Assembly (NCBI GenBank): GCA_040954595.2
Contig: CM082585.2
Span: 6,163,808 to 6,227,807 of the forward strand
Length of the DNA stretch: 64,000 nucleotides
Origin: Balanoglossus misakiensis
Lineage: Eukaryota > Animalia > Hemichordata
Reading direction: 5' to 3'
Translations under genes and position numbers: made by a program
Shown: piece after piece, positions 24,201 to 39,200 of the stretch
How the letters are laid out: each line of letters opens with the position of its first letter
How positions within the stretch are numbered: position 1 is the first letter of the stretch
Notes under the pieces: generated by a model
Databases searched by the model: none
What the model was told of the DNA's origin: nothing
The model's input: only the letters and a program-made list of their open reading frames with translations

Positions 24201-27200
24201 CTCAAAATTTTTTTTTTAGATTTTTTTTCGTGATTTTGAGCAGAAATCATGTGTTAACAGTATCAGATGTGCAGTGCGCCATCAAAGTGACAAAGTTGCA
24301 TCTTTTATGAATAATGACCTTTCACCTTTCTAATTTCTCATCACAGGGACTGAGAGGCCCAGCCGGACCTGTTGGTCCGACAGGCATTCCTGGGGAAGAA
24401 GGAGACCTCGGTCGACAAGGTAAGCTGAGAACAATTTTTTCAAGTTGAACCAGAATTGAAGTAGACGTCCAGGCAAGTGTGTAGACTTGTAAAGTGCCAT
24501 GTTGATACTTAAATTTTACTCTTTTATAAAATTCAGTTTTCAGTTTAAAATTCAGTTCTGGCAATGCAAAAATTGACTGGGGTGACAAGCTGAATACCGT
24601 AGTTGCCATAGCAACATGATATAGGGAGTAGAACAAGAAACTGTAGGTGACACACAGAACGAAAAATACTGAAAATGATATCAAATGTTACAACTTCATG
24701 TATTGTGCTTTTAATGGGATAATGCAATAGAGGTGTATGCAATGTCAATTGCCGAGCCATGGGGTAATAAAGACTTATTGATTTATCGATGAATTATTTG
24801 ATTGATTGGTGTTGTCATCGACGCTATTTTTCTACAGGTTGGAAGGGTGAACGAGGAGACTCTGGACAAAAGGGTGAGCCAGGATTTCCCGGTGTACAGG
24901 GCCCACCAGGTAATGAAATTCATCCCAGATATAAGGTGAGTACATCTATGTTGGTTAAGCCCTTTCATCCCCAGTTTCCAAAGCCTTGTAGCTATAGCGC
25001 GTAGCTCGTCTCACACGCATGTTCCAACTTTAGCCGCTGGCTACAGACGTTTAGTGAACAGTCAATCCCATAAGGCAGTGCTCACACAAGATGGCGGCGA
25101 CCATAATCTGTGTCGGAGATCGGGAAAAGACACCAGCGTGGGTGAGAAGGAGGGACAAAACCAGAATCTACTTATACGGTGCGCATGAAATATGGAAGGA
25201 AGCGAAGGCAGTCCACTATTTGAATGCATCGAACGGAAAATGTGCTGGGAAGTTACGCGCATGTGCGTGAGACGAGCTACGCGCTTTATGTGCTACAATA
25301 AACAAGTTCCAAGCGGCTCTAAATCTTCGCTGTATTTTTTAATGTGGCAATACACTCTCTTCATAAGACTAACGTCCTCATGCAGCCATCTTGAATGTGA
25401 ACTCAAAGTGAGGCCAATGGGCAAAATCCCATCATGCAATAGGTCAACTTTTGCCAATTGGCCTCGATTTGAGTTCAAATTCAAGATGGCTGCCTGCGTG
25501 AGGGCGCTATACTTATGAAAAGGCCGCATTTTGGACACATTCTTTGTGGTTTTTCAGGGAAGTCCAGGCATCAGTGGTGACAATGTGACTGGACCACCTG
25601 GAACACCTGGTCCGGCTGGTGCTATTGGCGCACCTGGGCCTCTTGGTTTTAGAGGACCAAAAGGAGAGAAAGGAGATAAGGGTTGGTGAACTTACTCATT
25701 ACTGTTACTCCTTTATGTTTTTGATTGTGTGGATCTGAAATACCTGAAATGTGTGAGTGTCACTAGAGTCTGACGGTGAAGATCTGCATGACTGTCGCTG
25801 GGCAGCCATTTTGTTTTCAATTTTTGTTACCCACAACCAATATGTCAAACATGTGAGCTAGGGCTAAGAGTAGGTACAGAGATAAATCATCAAAGAAAGT
25901 GCCAGCTTTTCAATTCTTCCAGGTTTACTGTACTTGCAACATTCCATCGCAAAAAAAAGAATAAGGTGACAAAAACTTAAAAGAATAGATACTTACTTGT
26001 ATAAAGGCTACAAGGACTCACAGATTGCTACTCAGTGCATGGAATATTTTCATGATGGACAGAGTATAATTATACTTAACCAAAGTTTATTCAATTCTTT
26101 TTTGTCTACAGCCACGATACCACCCGACATGATGCCCGTACCTGGTGAAGCCGGTCCCGATGGTCCCCAGGGAAGGGTTGGACCCGCAGGTCTGCAGGGA
26201 TCGCCTGGGCCTTCGGGCGCTCCTGGCTTTGAAGGATTCCCCGGGCTCAAGGGTCTCAAAGGTTTACAGGGTCTCCAGGGACCTTCTGGGGGCCCTGGTT
26301 TACCGGGTGTGACCGGTATCCGTGGTGACAAAGGTCGCGAAGGTCTGTCGGGCATAAGAGGAGAAAATGGTCTTCCCGGACGGGCGGGAATTCCTGGGGT
26401 CGCCGGTCCCAAAGGTCAACCAGGGGACATCACCGAGGCCAAAGGTCAGAAAGGAGAAAGTGGTCGTTCTGGACTACCAGGGATTGACGGTCCAAGGGGA
26501 CAGAAGGGTACTATCGGTGTTCCTGGACCAGAAGGTATGTGTTTCACCCATTGAAATCTGCTTGGGTGTGGTTCGGGATGTCGTACTTGGCTGCAATCTA
26601 CTGTAAAACACTTTATTTTCGCGAGCAATAAATTTTCGCAAAATACTCAAAAGCCAAAATAGCGTAAAACAAAAGTCGCGTAAAACATTTTTAAGATAAC
26701 GATGCAGTGAATGAAATAAGAGAACGCGCAAATTAATACTCGCGAAACAGTGGGCTCTCTCGATATCGCGAAAATTTCAACTCGCGAAAATAAAGCGTTT
26801 TACAGTATTGAGAGGCAGCCTCCAGGACCTGTCGATTAGCCCACAACCATGGACAGGAAATCAGTTGCCTTATAAATTCAATTTTGACGAGTTAAAGGCC
26901 TTGCTCAACAGTGGGTCAAATCTTTTGTTTCCAATAAACAGTTACGTGCTAACACAAAGGCTTTCCTTGTTTGCCTTCATTGTTCTGCCCTGGGATCGAG
27001 AAAACGGCCTTTGACTGTTCTTTTTCAAATTCTGCTCAACAGGTGAGGCAGGCACCCCCGGCGCTATTGGTGCAAAGGGAGAAATGGGCGACATGGGACG
27101 ACCAGGCACACCTGGTTCCGACGGCAGAAAGGGTTGGCCGGGCTTGCGTGGCCCAGATGGTGTGAACGGTCGCGATGGACCTGTTGGTCTGCCAGGATTG

Positions 27201-30200
27201 AAAGGTAATGTCGTCACTTCCATTGTCGTTTTAACTTGATTGCAGTAAAACTTCACAGGGAAGAGAATCTGTATTGATTTGCTTGTAAGTCCTTACATGA
27301 TGTGAAATAGATTGTTATAATTATAGTAATGTTAAACTGTGTGATAAACCATCTGGAAAGCAATATTGTGGGGTTTATAACAGCAAACATTTTGAGGAGA
27401 TACAAGACATCTTTAATGCTCAGTGCTAGTTTGAATTTGATTTGTTGAACAGAAGGATTCTTGTTTCTTGTCAACACTTCAAAAATGTTTCAGTGGAATG
27501 AACAAAAACACAGAGAGAATTTGTGAGAACAGTTTTTGTAGTGTATGTAGATGATTGATGATGAAAAAAGCGGAGGCGATGAGGGTTGAACAACACACAT
27601 TGATGATGAATAAGACCAGTGCTGTGAAGTGGACTGATGAAATTTTAGAAAAGACTGATGAAGGAGGACAGACGGAGTACAGAGGAGGAAAGCAGAGACT
27701 GATGATGAAAGCAGCGAAAATTGATGATGAGAAGAGCAACACAGCAGAGACTGGTGATGAAAGCAAGACCTGGCCCTGCCATACCAGTAGCATCGGATTA
27801 TCGCCAGCGTAGATCGAAGATTGCAATTGACAGCCGTCAACGTTGTTCTTTTATGCTCGCAAAATACATTTTTCATTGAATTATACATGCATTCATCTTG
27901 TCATGTACAATCAATCATGATTCATTTAATAATATTCAGCAAGTTGCTTTTTTACAGAACAAATCATCAGTCATTATGCGTTCCATCCATGATTGCCTGT
28001 GCCTCTCCTATATCATCCTGTGACCGGCAAAGAACCGCCACTATAGTTGTCGAAAAGTCGTTTAATCGTGCACAAATCTGCTTTATTTTTGCATGTATTG
28101 CCCACCACCGCTGCTTTTAATGAATGACGTGCCTCCATTACCTCTTTGCCCATGTAAAAAAAAATTGGCTGGTAAGTGTATGTGTCCTTCGCTGCTCTCG
28201 TTAGACCCAAAAGCATTCATTTGTGCCGAACAACTCTGATCTGCACAAGTCTGCCGAACGATCTCACCTGAGCTTAGCCATTTCCACCACCAAGCTATTT
28301 GATCCTGTCCTCTCTGCTTCGAACCACTGCACTTGCAAAAGAACTTAATCAGGAGGGGGAGCTCTTTGCGCATTACCTGACACAGCTGATGAAAGTCTTT
28401 TCAACTTGCAAATCTACACTATGATAAAAGATGCATTCATGCTTTATTTGCTCTGTTCAATATGTGTCACAGAACCGATTTGTCTAGCTCAGGCAGCATC
28501 ATTCATCACTTTCACATGAGCGAAACAGAACCGCATCTAATGAGTTATTAAAAACCATGTAGCAGCAAATCATATTTCATGTGATCATGTCACTTTGCTT
28601 CAATCTCATGCAATCCATTCCATATATAGTTTTATCATGTGCTGTACATTAATTCAGAGAGAGCTCTGCACATACCATGTTTCATTAGAGTTTTTCGCAT
28701 CTCGTTCATTTCAATGTAGAGCTTTTGGCTTCCATGATGTTGAACTAAGGAACAAAACTACTGTGTGTTTTTGCATGGAGAGTTCAGGTCGCTTTAATAA
28801 AATTTACGTTGTCAGTAGCTGTTGACTGATTTCTGAAAAATCAATTGAAGTTGACTTTGATCGATGCATAGCCTTCAGAGTTCAATACTGCCCTCTCCGA
28901 TGGTCAATTCAACTTATTGTTGAATACAGAAATATTCCTGTCTACATCTTGCGTCAGTTGGCAATTGTTTGTTCCCATGTCTATCTCTGTCACTGGGTCC
29001 CTCCATCCCTAACCCTTCCCCTCCCATGAATAATGGTCAATAAAATCACCCAAGACATTGCTCACACATTTCAGACTTGCTACCATTCAGATACAGCAGC
29101 CATGTAGCGCTACATTTAATGTGCTCTCCATGTAGAAACATCAGTGTACTTTGTTCTCAGTTCCACATGCGACTTCATTGCATTAAGTTACTTGTCACCT
29201 GCATGGGCAATTCTCTTGTACCATCCCTGTGCTGTGATGCATAGTTTGTGGTCAGTGTTGCCAAAGGTTTTCATGCGAGAATGCCAACCGGAGTTCACAT
29301 GCTCCTTCAAGTTCTGGGAATTTTTCTAAGCACTCCCGCAGAGTTCTTGGAAGTCCTGAACGAATGAAATTCGCTTGTAGAACATCCTGGAGAATAGATT
29401 TAGCCAAACATGCTGACACAGCACGTTGGTTACTTCAAGGAAATGACAGAATTAAGTACACAGTCAATCGTGAAAGCTTCTGGGAAAATTCCTGGAAAGA
29501 CCTAGAATTTTTCTGTCATTTGAGCATGTTAATCCTGGGTGGTATCGTCATCACATGTATTTGTAAAATATTGGAAGGCGTTGCTATGACGCAGTACATG
29601 CTGTGTTCATCAATGGCTTCCTGTCATAACGTAGGTTATCATTTTACAAGAACAAACTCTTCCATATTGTTTTCCATTTTACGTAGTAACTCAAGCTCAC
29701 TTCATACGTTTTATTTTGTGCATTTGTAACATGGCTACAGCAAAGCATTTCTTTGTGATTTTTAATCACATGCAGACTTACACAACTTACCACAGCCATT
29801 TCAGTTGCCATGCCAACATGATATACTTATTATGTATTATGGAATTATTTTGAAGTTTTGTCATATTTTAACGCTTTGTAACATTGCATAACATTGCGTT
29901 ATCATAGCGCTATTGCGCTCTACAACATCAAATCATGTGAATTTTCATTTTCCATATCAATGTATTTAATAAGCATAATTTACATAAAACTTACAATGCG
30001 CAGGAATACAGTAGAGCCAGTACAAGAGGCCATTTTTGTGACCCCTACATGACCTTATATCCTCGTACTTCCGTTGGTATGTCATGTTGACTAAAACCTC
30101 TACAAAAACTACATAATTGCAGCTATAGTCGATAAATTATATACTGAATTACAATTGTGACTGTTTTTGTGCAACATTTTATGCGTTTCTTGTCTGAAAA

Positions 30201-33200
30201 TGTTGAGTTTTGACAACTCCAGTCAGGAAGTACAAGGATGTATGGTCGTACAGGAGTCATGAAAGTGACCTATTCATTAGCTATCAGTGGCTTGCTTCAT
30301 GACGTATCATATGCAAGCTAATTCCGCCATCTTCTGTTCATGTACAACTGATGTTACATTTAACATTCATTAACAAGTGTTCCAACCCCTCAACCATGAT
30401 CATATATGCAACAAAGCATAAAACAGCGTAATGTTTTTCATAGTTTTCATATTTTCACTCAGACATATCCTTTCATTTGTACATTGCTGTACACAGCTGT
30501 TTATAAGCCTGACTGCATGATCTTCCACTGTGTTGTGTTTCGGTATCTGAAAATTATGGAGACACAATACACCCTTTTCATAAGTCTAGTGCATGCCTCC
30601 ACGTTGCCATCTTGAATTTGAACTCAAACCGAGGCTAATGGACAAAGTCGACCAATCACATCAAGGGTCTTTACCCATTGGCCTCCATTTGAGTTCCAAG
30701 TCATGATTGCTATGTGAGGGCGGTAAACTTATGAAAAGGGTCTATTCTCACTTGAATATGAATTCTGATGAAAGTGTCGTGTCGTGTTTATAACTGGCTG
30801 AGTACAGAATTTTTCCGTGTAACCATTTTCAATATTGTAGTACATACATATACGTTTAACACAGGAATTTTAACATATCTTCACATATGCTATAAATTAT
30901 GTAAACAATCCCCTATCCCTTAAAGACCCCCTTGCTTTAAAAATCCCTCTACCCATTAAAGGTCCACTAGCTGTTATATTTGGCCATAGCGTTTTGGTTC
31001 TGTGTTCTGGTTGCAGTGTCATATTTGTTTTCAAGGTTGGAGGAAAAATCAAGTATTTCGCTCAGGGGCAGACCATTTGAAATCCCGGGGGGGGGGGGGG
31101 GGGGGTGTCATGTACATGACCTGCAAACACAATCACATCATAATTTCCAGCGTACTGTTTTTGTGCAATTTTATCACAACATTTCATTTCTGTACATTAC
31201 ATTTCATTACACCAGTTTGCTTGCACACACATTTGTTAATCATGCCTGTGATAACTCACGGGTTTCTTCTGAAATTCACAGGCAGCATCCACCTATTTTG
31301 ACTTTTTGATTTTTATTCTCATTGTTTTATTTTAAATATTTAGATGTATTGTTATATATATGTAAATGAGGTTTATCATGTTGTAGCTAGGGAGTCAACT
31401 GAAACAAACTGCCATTGGTTCACAGAACAAAATGTGTGTTGCGACAAAAATGTCCAAAATTTGCAGCTACTCCCATTAATTTCCCAATCAGTTATTTGTA
31501 ACGGTGATATATGATGTTTTGTTTGATCCACTAACTCTCCCGTCTTTGTGACCAGTAGTTGTGTGTGTGTGTTTAATTAAATTAACCAGAACATAATTCA
31601 ATAATTCAGTAAGAAGTCCCCAAAACCTATAAATGACCCTTTACTAAAGACAGACTAACCTATCGTATATGAAATTGTTTACAATCGATAAATTTTGATG
31701 TGGCCCCAAAGGCTGCAGACTACCAACTGAGCTCTTTGAACGCTGCTAAGGGTTTTGACACAGGTCACTGGAGGTCAGAGTTCAAAGGTCACCACTTGAA
31801 AGAACCATTTTTTTTAACGCTTGACTATGACGTTTAACAGGGTTTCCAGGTTTCCCAGGCGACGTGGGTGATCCGGGTCCACCGGGCAGCGATGGGTTCA
31901 AAGGTGAACCGGGCGAACCTGGAACAGAAGTGGGACTTCTGGGTCCACCGGGACCGGAGGGCGAAGTGGGAAGTCCCGGATTCCCGGGATTTAAAGGATT
32001 TGCTGGTAAGTCGGGAAAGAATCACAATACTGTCACGATCGTGTAAAAAATTGGTGTGTAGTGTAATGGGATGAAAGGTTAAATTTCATACTAAAATCAT
32101 GAAAATAATGTGAAAAGACACTGCATTGAGTCGCATTTGTGTTTTATGGCGTATATGTATGTATTGTATGTGGTACATGCCCATATAAACAAATTTTTAC
32201 CAACAGTGAATTCGACAAGCTGTTCCAAGTTGAAGATTCGTACTACCATAAGTTGAACCCTGTACGCATAATAATGTAAACTTTTACCTGTGATGGTAGG
32301 TCTGAAGGGTAACGCTGGTACAGAAGGTCTTGCTGGTTTACGGGGACTGCCGGGTCTTGTGGGTAGGCCTGGCGCGGACGGGGAACAGGGTGACAAAGGA
32401 GATGACGGACAACCAGGATTCCCTGGACTACCAGGACTCGAAGGTATGTCATGGAGAATCTTGTCCCTACAGTATGCTTATGGCAGCCAGAAATCAATCA
32501 CACTACAGGTTGTACTGGGACTGTATGTGATTGTATGGGTAATAGGTGGGATAGACTGTCAGCAATGGCCAAAACAGCACAGGCAGCTGTCGACAGTCTA
32601 TACGTAAGAGAAAGGCGTATCATACAGAGAAATTCCTAAACAGAAGTTCACTTCATATGGTGAGAATTGCCATGGAATTAAGCTACATCTGTAAAAACAT
32701 TGCATGTTTCCATTTTATTCATACTGATGTAATTTTATGATTTACTTTTTGTGATTCCAGGACCCCGGGGAGATGCTGGTCCCGATGGCGAAACAGGTCC
32801 TCCCGGTGAAGATGGCCAACCTGTTGGTTTTATGGTGAAAGGAGAACCAGGCTTTCCAGGTTTAACTGGTGAAGATGGTGCGCCTGGTCCCCCTGGTATG
32901 TATAAAATTCAGACTATAACATTCAATGATTTACGTGTTGACTGCAAAACTGTCGTCTGGTACATTGTAGTTCATGTCTGTGTGCTACAAATTGTGCCAT
33001 TGGATAACATTTCGTATTTGTTAGTAAAAAAACTGTTATTTTCCAATCAGCATGTGTGTCACTTAACCCAGTATGCAAGAGAGTGAGATCGATTTGATCT
33101 CATGGTCACACTGTGGATCCTGCATTCTGAGTGGCCAGGACTGATAATTCTCACATTGTGTCATTCTCCGTTCCATCACTAGGTGCTCCCGGACAAGATG

Positions 33201-36200
33201 GAGAAGATGGTAGAGATGGTATCCCGGGAAACCCTGGCTTTCCCGGCCGCCCTGGCACCAAAGGCGACCGAGGTCCGGACGGCGCCATCGGCGACGCTGG
33301 TCCTCAGGGAATAAAAGGAAGTGCCGGAGTTAACGGATTCCCTGGTCCCTCAGGATTTAAGGTAAATGGCACTATAGAGGGCGACCTCTTTCCAAGAAAC
33401 TATATTTGATACGCCGAACAAAACTACAAGAAAATTGGAAAAAACTACATGACCATGTCAGACTGCCATAACATTCCTGAACAAAGAATCCTTATATCCT
33501 TCTTGAAGTATATAGAAAATATAGTGAAATTACAGCATGTTTTGATCGAACTACAGATAGTAAATTCACATTTTTGAAACACTGGTCAAATTTCCTCTCT
33601 GTAATCCTACGAATAAGGAATATTTTAAGAGCAATTGATTGGGACCAACTCAAATCAGTAGAGGAATCACTTTCACAGTTGGCTTTAGCATATATTTCTG
33701 CATAGTAAATGCATTGTCTTCTGTGTGGTACAGGGTCGTAGAGGAGAAGATGGCCGACCAGGTGCCCCTGGTTTCCAAGGGCCTGATGGACCAAAAGGTG
33801 AGTAGACATCGAACAAAGGAACCTCAACCACAGCTTTAATGTTCGTATTGTGTCTTGTACAGAAAATTTTTAATGCAGGTGTATGTGTACATACAAAACT
33901 CTTTAATTCTGCTAACAGTCTCTGATTTGTTGATGGTCGCTTCAGTGACTTAATGACGATATATTGTGTCTGATTGCAGGCAGAGATGGACCGGTCGGTC
34001 CCCCAGGTCGCGAAGGCCGTCAAGGCAGAGGAGGTTTTGATAGTTTCACCGACGGTCCCAAGGGTGAGAAGGGATTGCCGGGCGATTTCGAAGGAACAGC
34101 CGGAGATCCAGGTTAGTACGTGTACATGTAGTGGGAAAAAAATCAGGAAGAAACTTGAAGGGACAAAGTCTCTCTCTCGCTGCCCTTTTCCATTAATTAT
34201 GTTTGATACAAGACACCGTTTATGTTATTCTACATGTGGATATATAGTGAATGAACGTTCAACCACATACAACTTCCATCCCACTTGTAGACATGAGAGT
34301 GAAAAACTCGTCAAAATGAATAATCGGTGTTTACCATTTATTCATTTTGGCGAGATTTTACTTTCATATCCTACAAACGGGATGGAAGTTTTGTGTAATC
34401 GAACGTTGATTCACTATATATTCACATGTAGAATAACATAAACGGTGTCATGTATCAAATACAATTAATGGAGAAAGGGCAGCGAAAGAGAGACTTTGTC
34501 CCTTTAACACTCCCTCTACTAGCTCTCATCCACAACTACATTAGTAGAGTAGCCTTCAAGACATTGGTACACATGACAGTCAAACACCAACCATGATTGC
34601 AGTGAGAGACTCTATTGAGGTGTATATCTAACTCATTTTCTTTCTCCTGAAGGTGTAAAGGGTGAGCCAGGTTTCCCTGGTTTTGATGGATTCCCCGGTC
34701 TACCGGGAAGAACAGGACCATCGGGACTGCGTGGACCAAAAGGTAAGTTTCCTTCAATATCTTTTGGCGCTGTGAAGGTGGAATAAAGTAGGTGCTCTCC
34801 GAATATTCCAAGGATGGTGAAACAAACTAAACTACCGGGAACCGGGTACAATATGGAAGTATATTTTGCAAAACCTGTATCAGTAATATCTTATCAAGCA
34901 TTGTGTTTTTGTTTGTTTTTGTTTCTTCAGGTGAAAGTGGTCTGCCAGGCCTGCCCGGATTGAATGGTTTGGACGGACCAAAGGGTCCAAAGGGAAATCC
35001 AGGTAGATGTGCATTCAGATGTATATATTTTGTGTTTACACATTTTATTTCAGCATTGTGGAATTATCTCCATAGCAGAGCTCAGTCAATACACCTTGTC
35101 AGTACCCACTGGCAGTTTTTCCACAGATGTTGTTGTTGTTGTTTTCCTTATCAACTGATTAAAATGGCTAAAACATCAGCATTGTTTGTTCCACTCAGGT
35201 GAGGACAGTCTTCCGGGTGCCCCTGGTCTCCCAGGGTCTCAAGGTCCTAAAGGTTTGCCGGGTCCCGATGGAGCAGACGGAACCTTCGGTGGTAACGGCG
35301 CTAAAGGAGATAAGGGTCCACAAGGTTGGTATCGTAATGACCATTAAAGGGACAAAGTCTCTCTCTCGCAGCCCTTTTTCCATTGATTATGTTTGATACA
35401 AGACACCATTTATGTTATTCTACATGTGGATATATAGTGAATCAGCGCTCGACCGCGCACATCTTCCATCCCGTTTGTAGAAAATCTCGCCAAAATGAAT
35501 GAATGGTAAACACCGATTAAGAGAGACTTTGTCCCTTTAATATATGATACCCATCAATGGCCAGTTGCAATGACAAATGGTCACATAATAATAGAGGTCG
35601 GCACACATCACAGACAATCAACAAAGCACACAGAACAAAGTAAAGTACATGAAAGAAAGGTATTTGGACCATTAAAGCCACAGGGTAATCATTCCGGGAA
35701 AAGGAGTGTCTTTGACCTTACCGTGAATACTCCTGGAAAACCCACTCGGAATGTGTATGCAGCCTGATAAATTAGACTTTTTGATTTACTTTGATCGCGG
35801 GAAACCTCCGGCAGTGGTATATGTATAAGGAGTACCAAACTGACCATATTTCCATGCATCTTATTTAGGTGATAGTGGCCGTGATGGTTTTGAGGGCATC
35901 AAGGGATTGCCAGGAGAACCTGGAGATGGAATGAAGGGCCAGAAAGGTGACAGAGGACAACTTGGCACTCCCGGTCTTCAGGGTAAGTGATTCTCTTGTC
36001 TTATCTTCCTGTAGTCTGTAGTACATGCACATGCTCATGTTTCATACCGGTATTGAGTCTAATTCTCACAATGTTGAATAGATTTTTGCTACCTAAGTGA
36101 GAGATAAAAAATCTCATAATTAAGTGATTCTCTTATCTTCCTGTAGTCTGTATGACATGCACATGTTTCATACAGGCATTGAGTCTAATTCTCACAATGT

Positions 36201-39200
36201 TGAATAGATTTTTGCTACCTAAGTGAGCGATAAAAAATCTCATAGTCGACCAAAGATTTCTGCTGCTCACAGGAAGTGCAGTGAACTTTTCATGGTACTG
36301 AACATTTCTACAGGAAAGTGAATACATGGCCAATGCGACAATGTCATGACCTTTTTTATCTGTTAACAGGTCGTGAAGGGCGCATAGGACCCCCTGGTCC
36401 AGATGGTATTCCAGGGTTCAAAGGTGAGCTGGGAGATCAAGGTTTGCCAGGACAAGATGCTTTCCCAGGCCGCCGGGGACCACCAGGCTTTCCGGGCTTT
36501 CCAGGATTCAGAGGAAGGAAAGGTAAGGTGTGAGGTCAGAGCAGAGATGACTGGTTTCTTGCCTTATCTGACCAGCCACTTTACTGTTTGGAATGTAGCA
36601 TGTTGACTGGTTTTATGATGTAATCCAAAATGGCTGCCAGGTAGCCATCTTGTTTTACTGTCATTTTAATACCTAGATACGTCTTTGCTATTGGCGGTAA
36701 CTTTAATTCACTGTTTATTCCGTACATTAGGTGAAGAGGGTGATTCCGGACCAACAGGAAACCCGGGACTTCCGGGAATCAATGGTTTACAGGGAGAGCG
36801 TGGTGAAACTGGTGATATTGGTCTACCAGGTCGTTCAGGTAAAGAACGATACAGATTGTTTTAAGGGGAGCACCATTTGATTTCCGAGGGGGGGGGGGCG
36901 ATGGAGAATGGGAAAGGTATTGTTGGGAGATGGTGCAGGGAAAACAATTTCATCGGCAATGCCTTGAGTAAAATGGTGAGCTGGCAGTTACAAAAATATT
37001 AGTTGCTAGACGAAAAAAAATTTGCTGACGTACACAAATCCTTCACAACCCCCCCCCCCCCCTTGACTTCTACTTAATGTATTTCATATCCAATAAACAC
37101 CTGTTTCCATAACTTCAATTCCCCGAAGAAGGATTTTAACAAGTGTCTCCCAACCTTCATTCCCACTGCAGGTCCAAATGGTTTCAACGGTCTGAAAGGT
37201 CAGCCCGGAGAACCTGGAGACATGGTACCCGGAGTGAAAGGAGAGAGAGGAGATTCGGGATTACCGGGATTGAGTGGAGCGCCCGGATTTTCCGGTCCTC
37301 CGGGACAGAGAGGCCCTGATGGTGAGTTACTAAATTGTGACATTTACAATTTCTGGCATCAGTAGCATTTACAAATACAAGTATATGTTGTGTAGCGCAC
37401 CTTTAGAATGACAGTATGGGTGGTGTAAAAATATTGATGTGGATTGATATACTGTCAGAGATGACAGACAAGATACACAGTTTAGTGTGTATTGGAGTTA
37501 GTCTCTCCTGAAAGTTCCCACATGATTCAAAATACAGTAAGCTGATGAAGCTGAAGAACGCAACTTCGCCAATTTTTTTTCTCGTTTTTTTGTGTAAATT
37601 TTCACGAGTTTATACATAACAAAATATGTGTTCCTGTAAACATGTATGTAAAAATCAGCTGGACTGAACTTCCCCTTTAATTGCGTCATGTCAATTTGAG
37701 AATCCTGTATCAGAAATTCCAGCGGAGTACACCTTCACAGTGCCAATATTACGTGATTTGCTTATTCCGTACAGGGGGCGAGGGTGAGTTTGGTGATTTG
37801 GGTGACCCAGGTATGGTCGGTCTGCCGGGCAGGGACGGTGCTGATGGTTTCACTGGCTTCAGAGGCGGCTCAGGCAATCCGGGACTCCCAGGTATGTAGA
37901 ATTTTCAACGTGTGTCGTTCAGAAGACAACAGGCCAAGCTATGTTCGTGTTTGTCTTCAGTCAGTACCTATTGTCATTGCAGAGGGAGAGGTAGACTTGG
38001 AGTATTTTTAGTATCATTAGCCTGTTTGCTGCAGCAAATTTACTGCATCACTATTGTCAAATATACCAAGCTGTTAGACTCTCTCACAGCCCACGGTTCG
38101 CTACGCGCCCTCAACCGTTTGGCAACTGTTTGGTGTTGTGTAGCTAATCATTGAATCAGCCCATAAGCCTGCATGGACGACGAGAGGGGATGTGAGAGAG
38201 TCTAACCAAGCTGTGTGCTTGGGCAAAGGCCTCATTTATTTCTCAAAATTTCCATCTTCAGGCCCCTGGGCTCTGAACAGGAGAAATGCAGCAATAACTA
38301 GAATTCTATATGGAAATGTATGTTCAATGATCATTTGCCTTTCTGTTTTAGGTCCAATGGGTTCGTTTGGCGACAGAGGCGAACCGGGACCGCCCGCTCC
38401 AGCTGCTCTGAGGAGCTTCCTGTTGACACGACACAGCCAGTCAACGGAAATTCCACGCTGTCCCGCAGGACAGAACGAGCTGTGGACAGGATACAGTTTG
38501 TTGTATACCGAGGGGAATGACAAAGCTCACTTCCAGGACTTGGGTAAATATCACATCAGTGTATTTGAAAAAAAACATGACAGCGTGGTGTAACGCTGAT
38601 CAAAATATGCTGTTTCAGTGTGTAGAACAATGTTGCAGAGAGATTAAGGCATTTTGACGACCTCTTGTCTTTTTGCCGTAACCCTTTCACCTATCACCCC
38701 CATGACCATGTATAGAGATCCAACTTCACCATAGAAAACAATGGCTTTGGACCAAACCATGGTGGTGAAAGGGTAAATGTAGACTTGCTACATTTAACCT
38801 GTGACAGGACGCATCTGTAATTCTTTCGATCAACACAGAATAAGGTGTGCCCCTCTGGAAGGGCTAGTTGTAAAGGAATGTATCACAGAATACATTAAGT
38901 TAAAGACATTGGGGGGGGGGCTTATAATTGAGTGGGGTACTATAATGGAATGAGCATGGTATAGTCCAACTTGAAGTTTTTTTCCATGTGTCATTTCTGA
39001 GCAAATTGGAGCACAGTGTCATTGACGCTATTTTTTACTTGTTTTCATTAGGTTTGGCTGGTTCGTGTCTTCCGCGATTCAGTCCAATGCCGTTTGTGTA
39101 CTGTAATATCAACAACCAGTGCAATTATGCCAGCCGTAACGACAAATCCTATTGGCTGTCGACCAATGCGCCGTTGCCAATGATGCCGGTGGGAGACGAT

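Noticed and set aside
26050-26412. Minus-strand Pro/Gly-rich ORFs opposite collagen exons (also 22033, 26942, 32097, 38236, 39656)
   Set aside because: These are antisense shadows of Gly-X-Y and NC1 codons.
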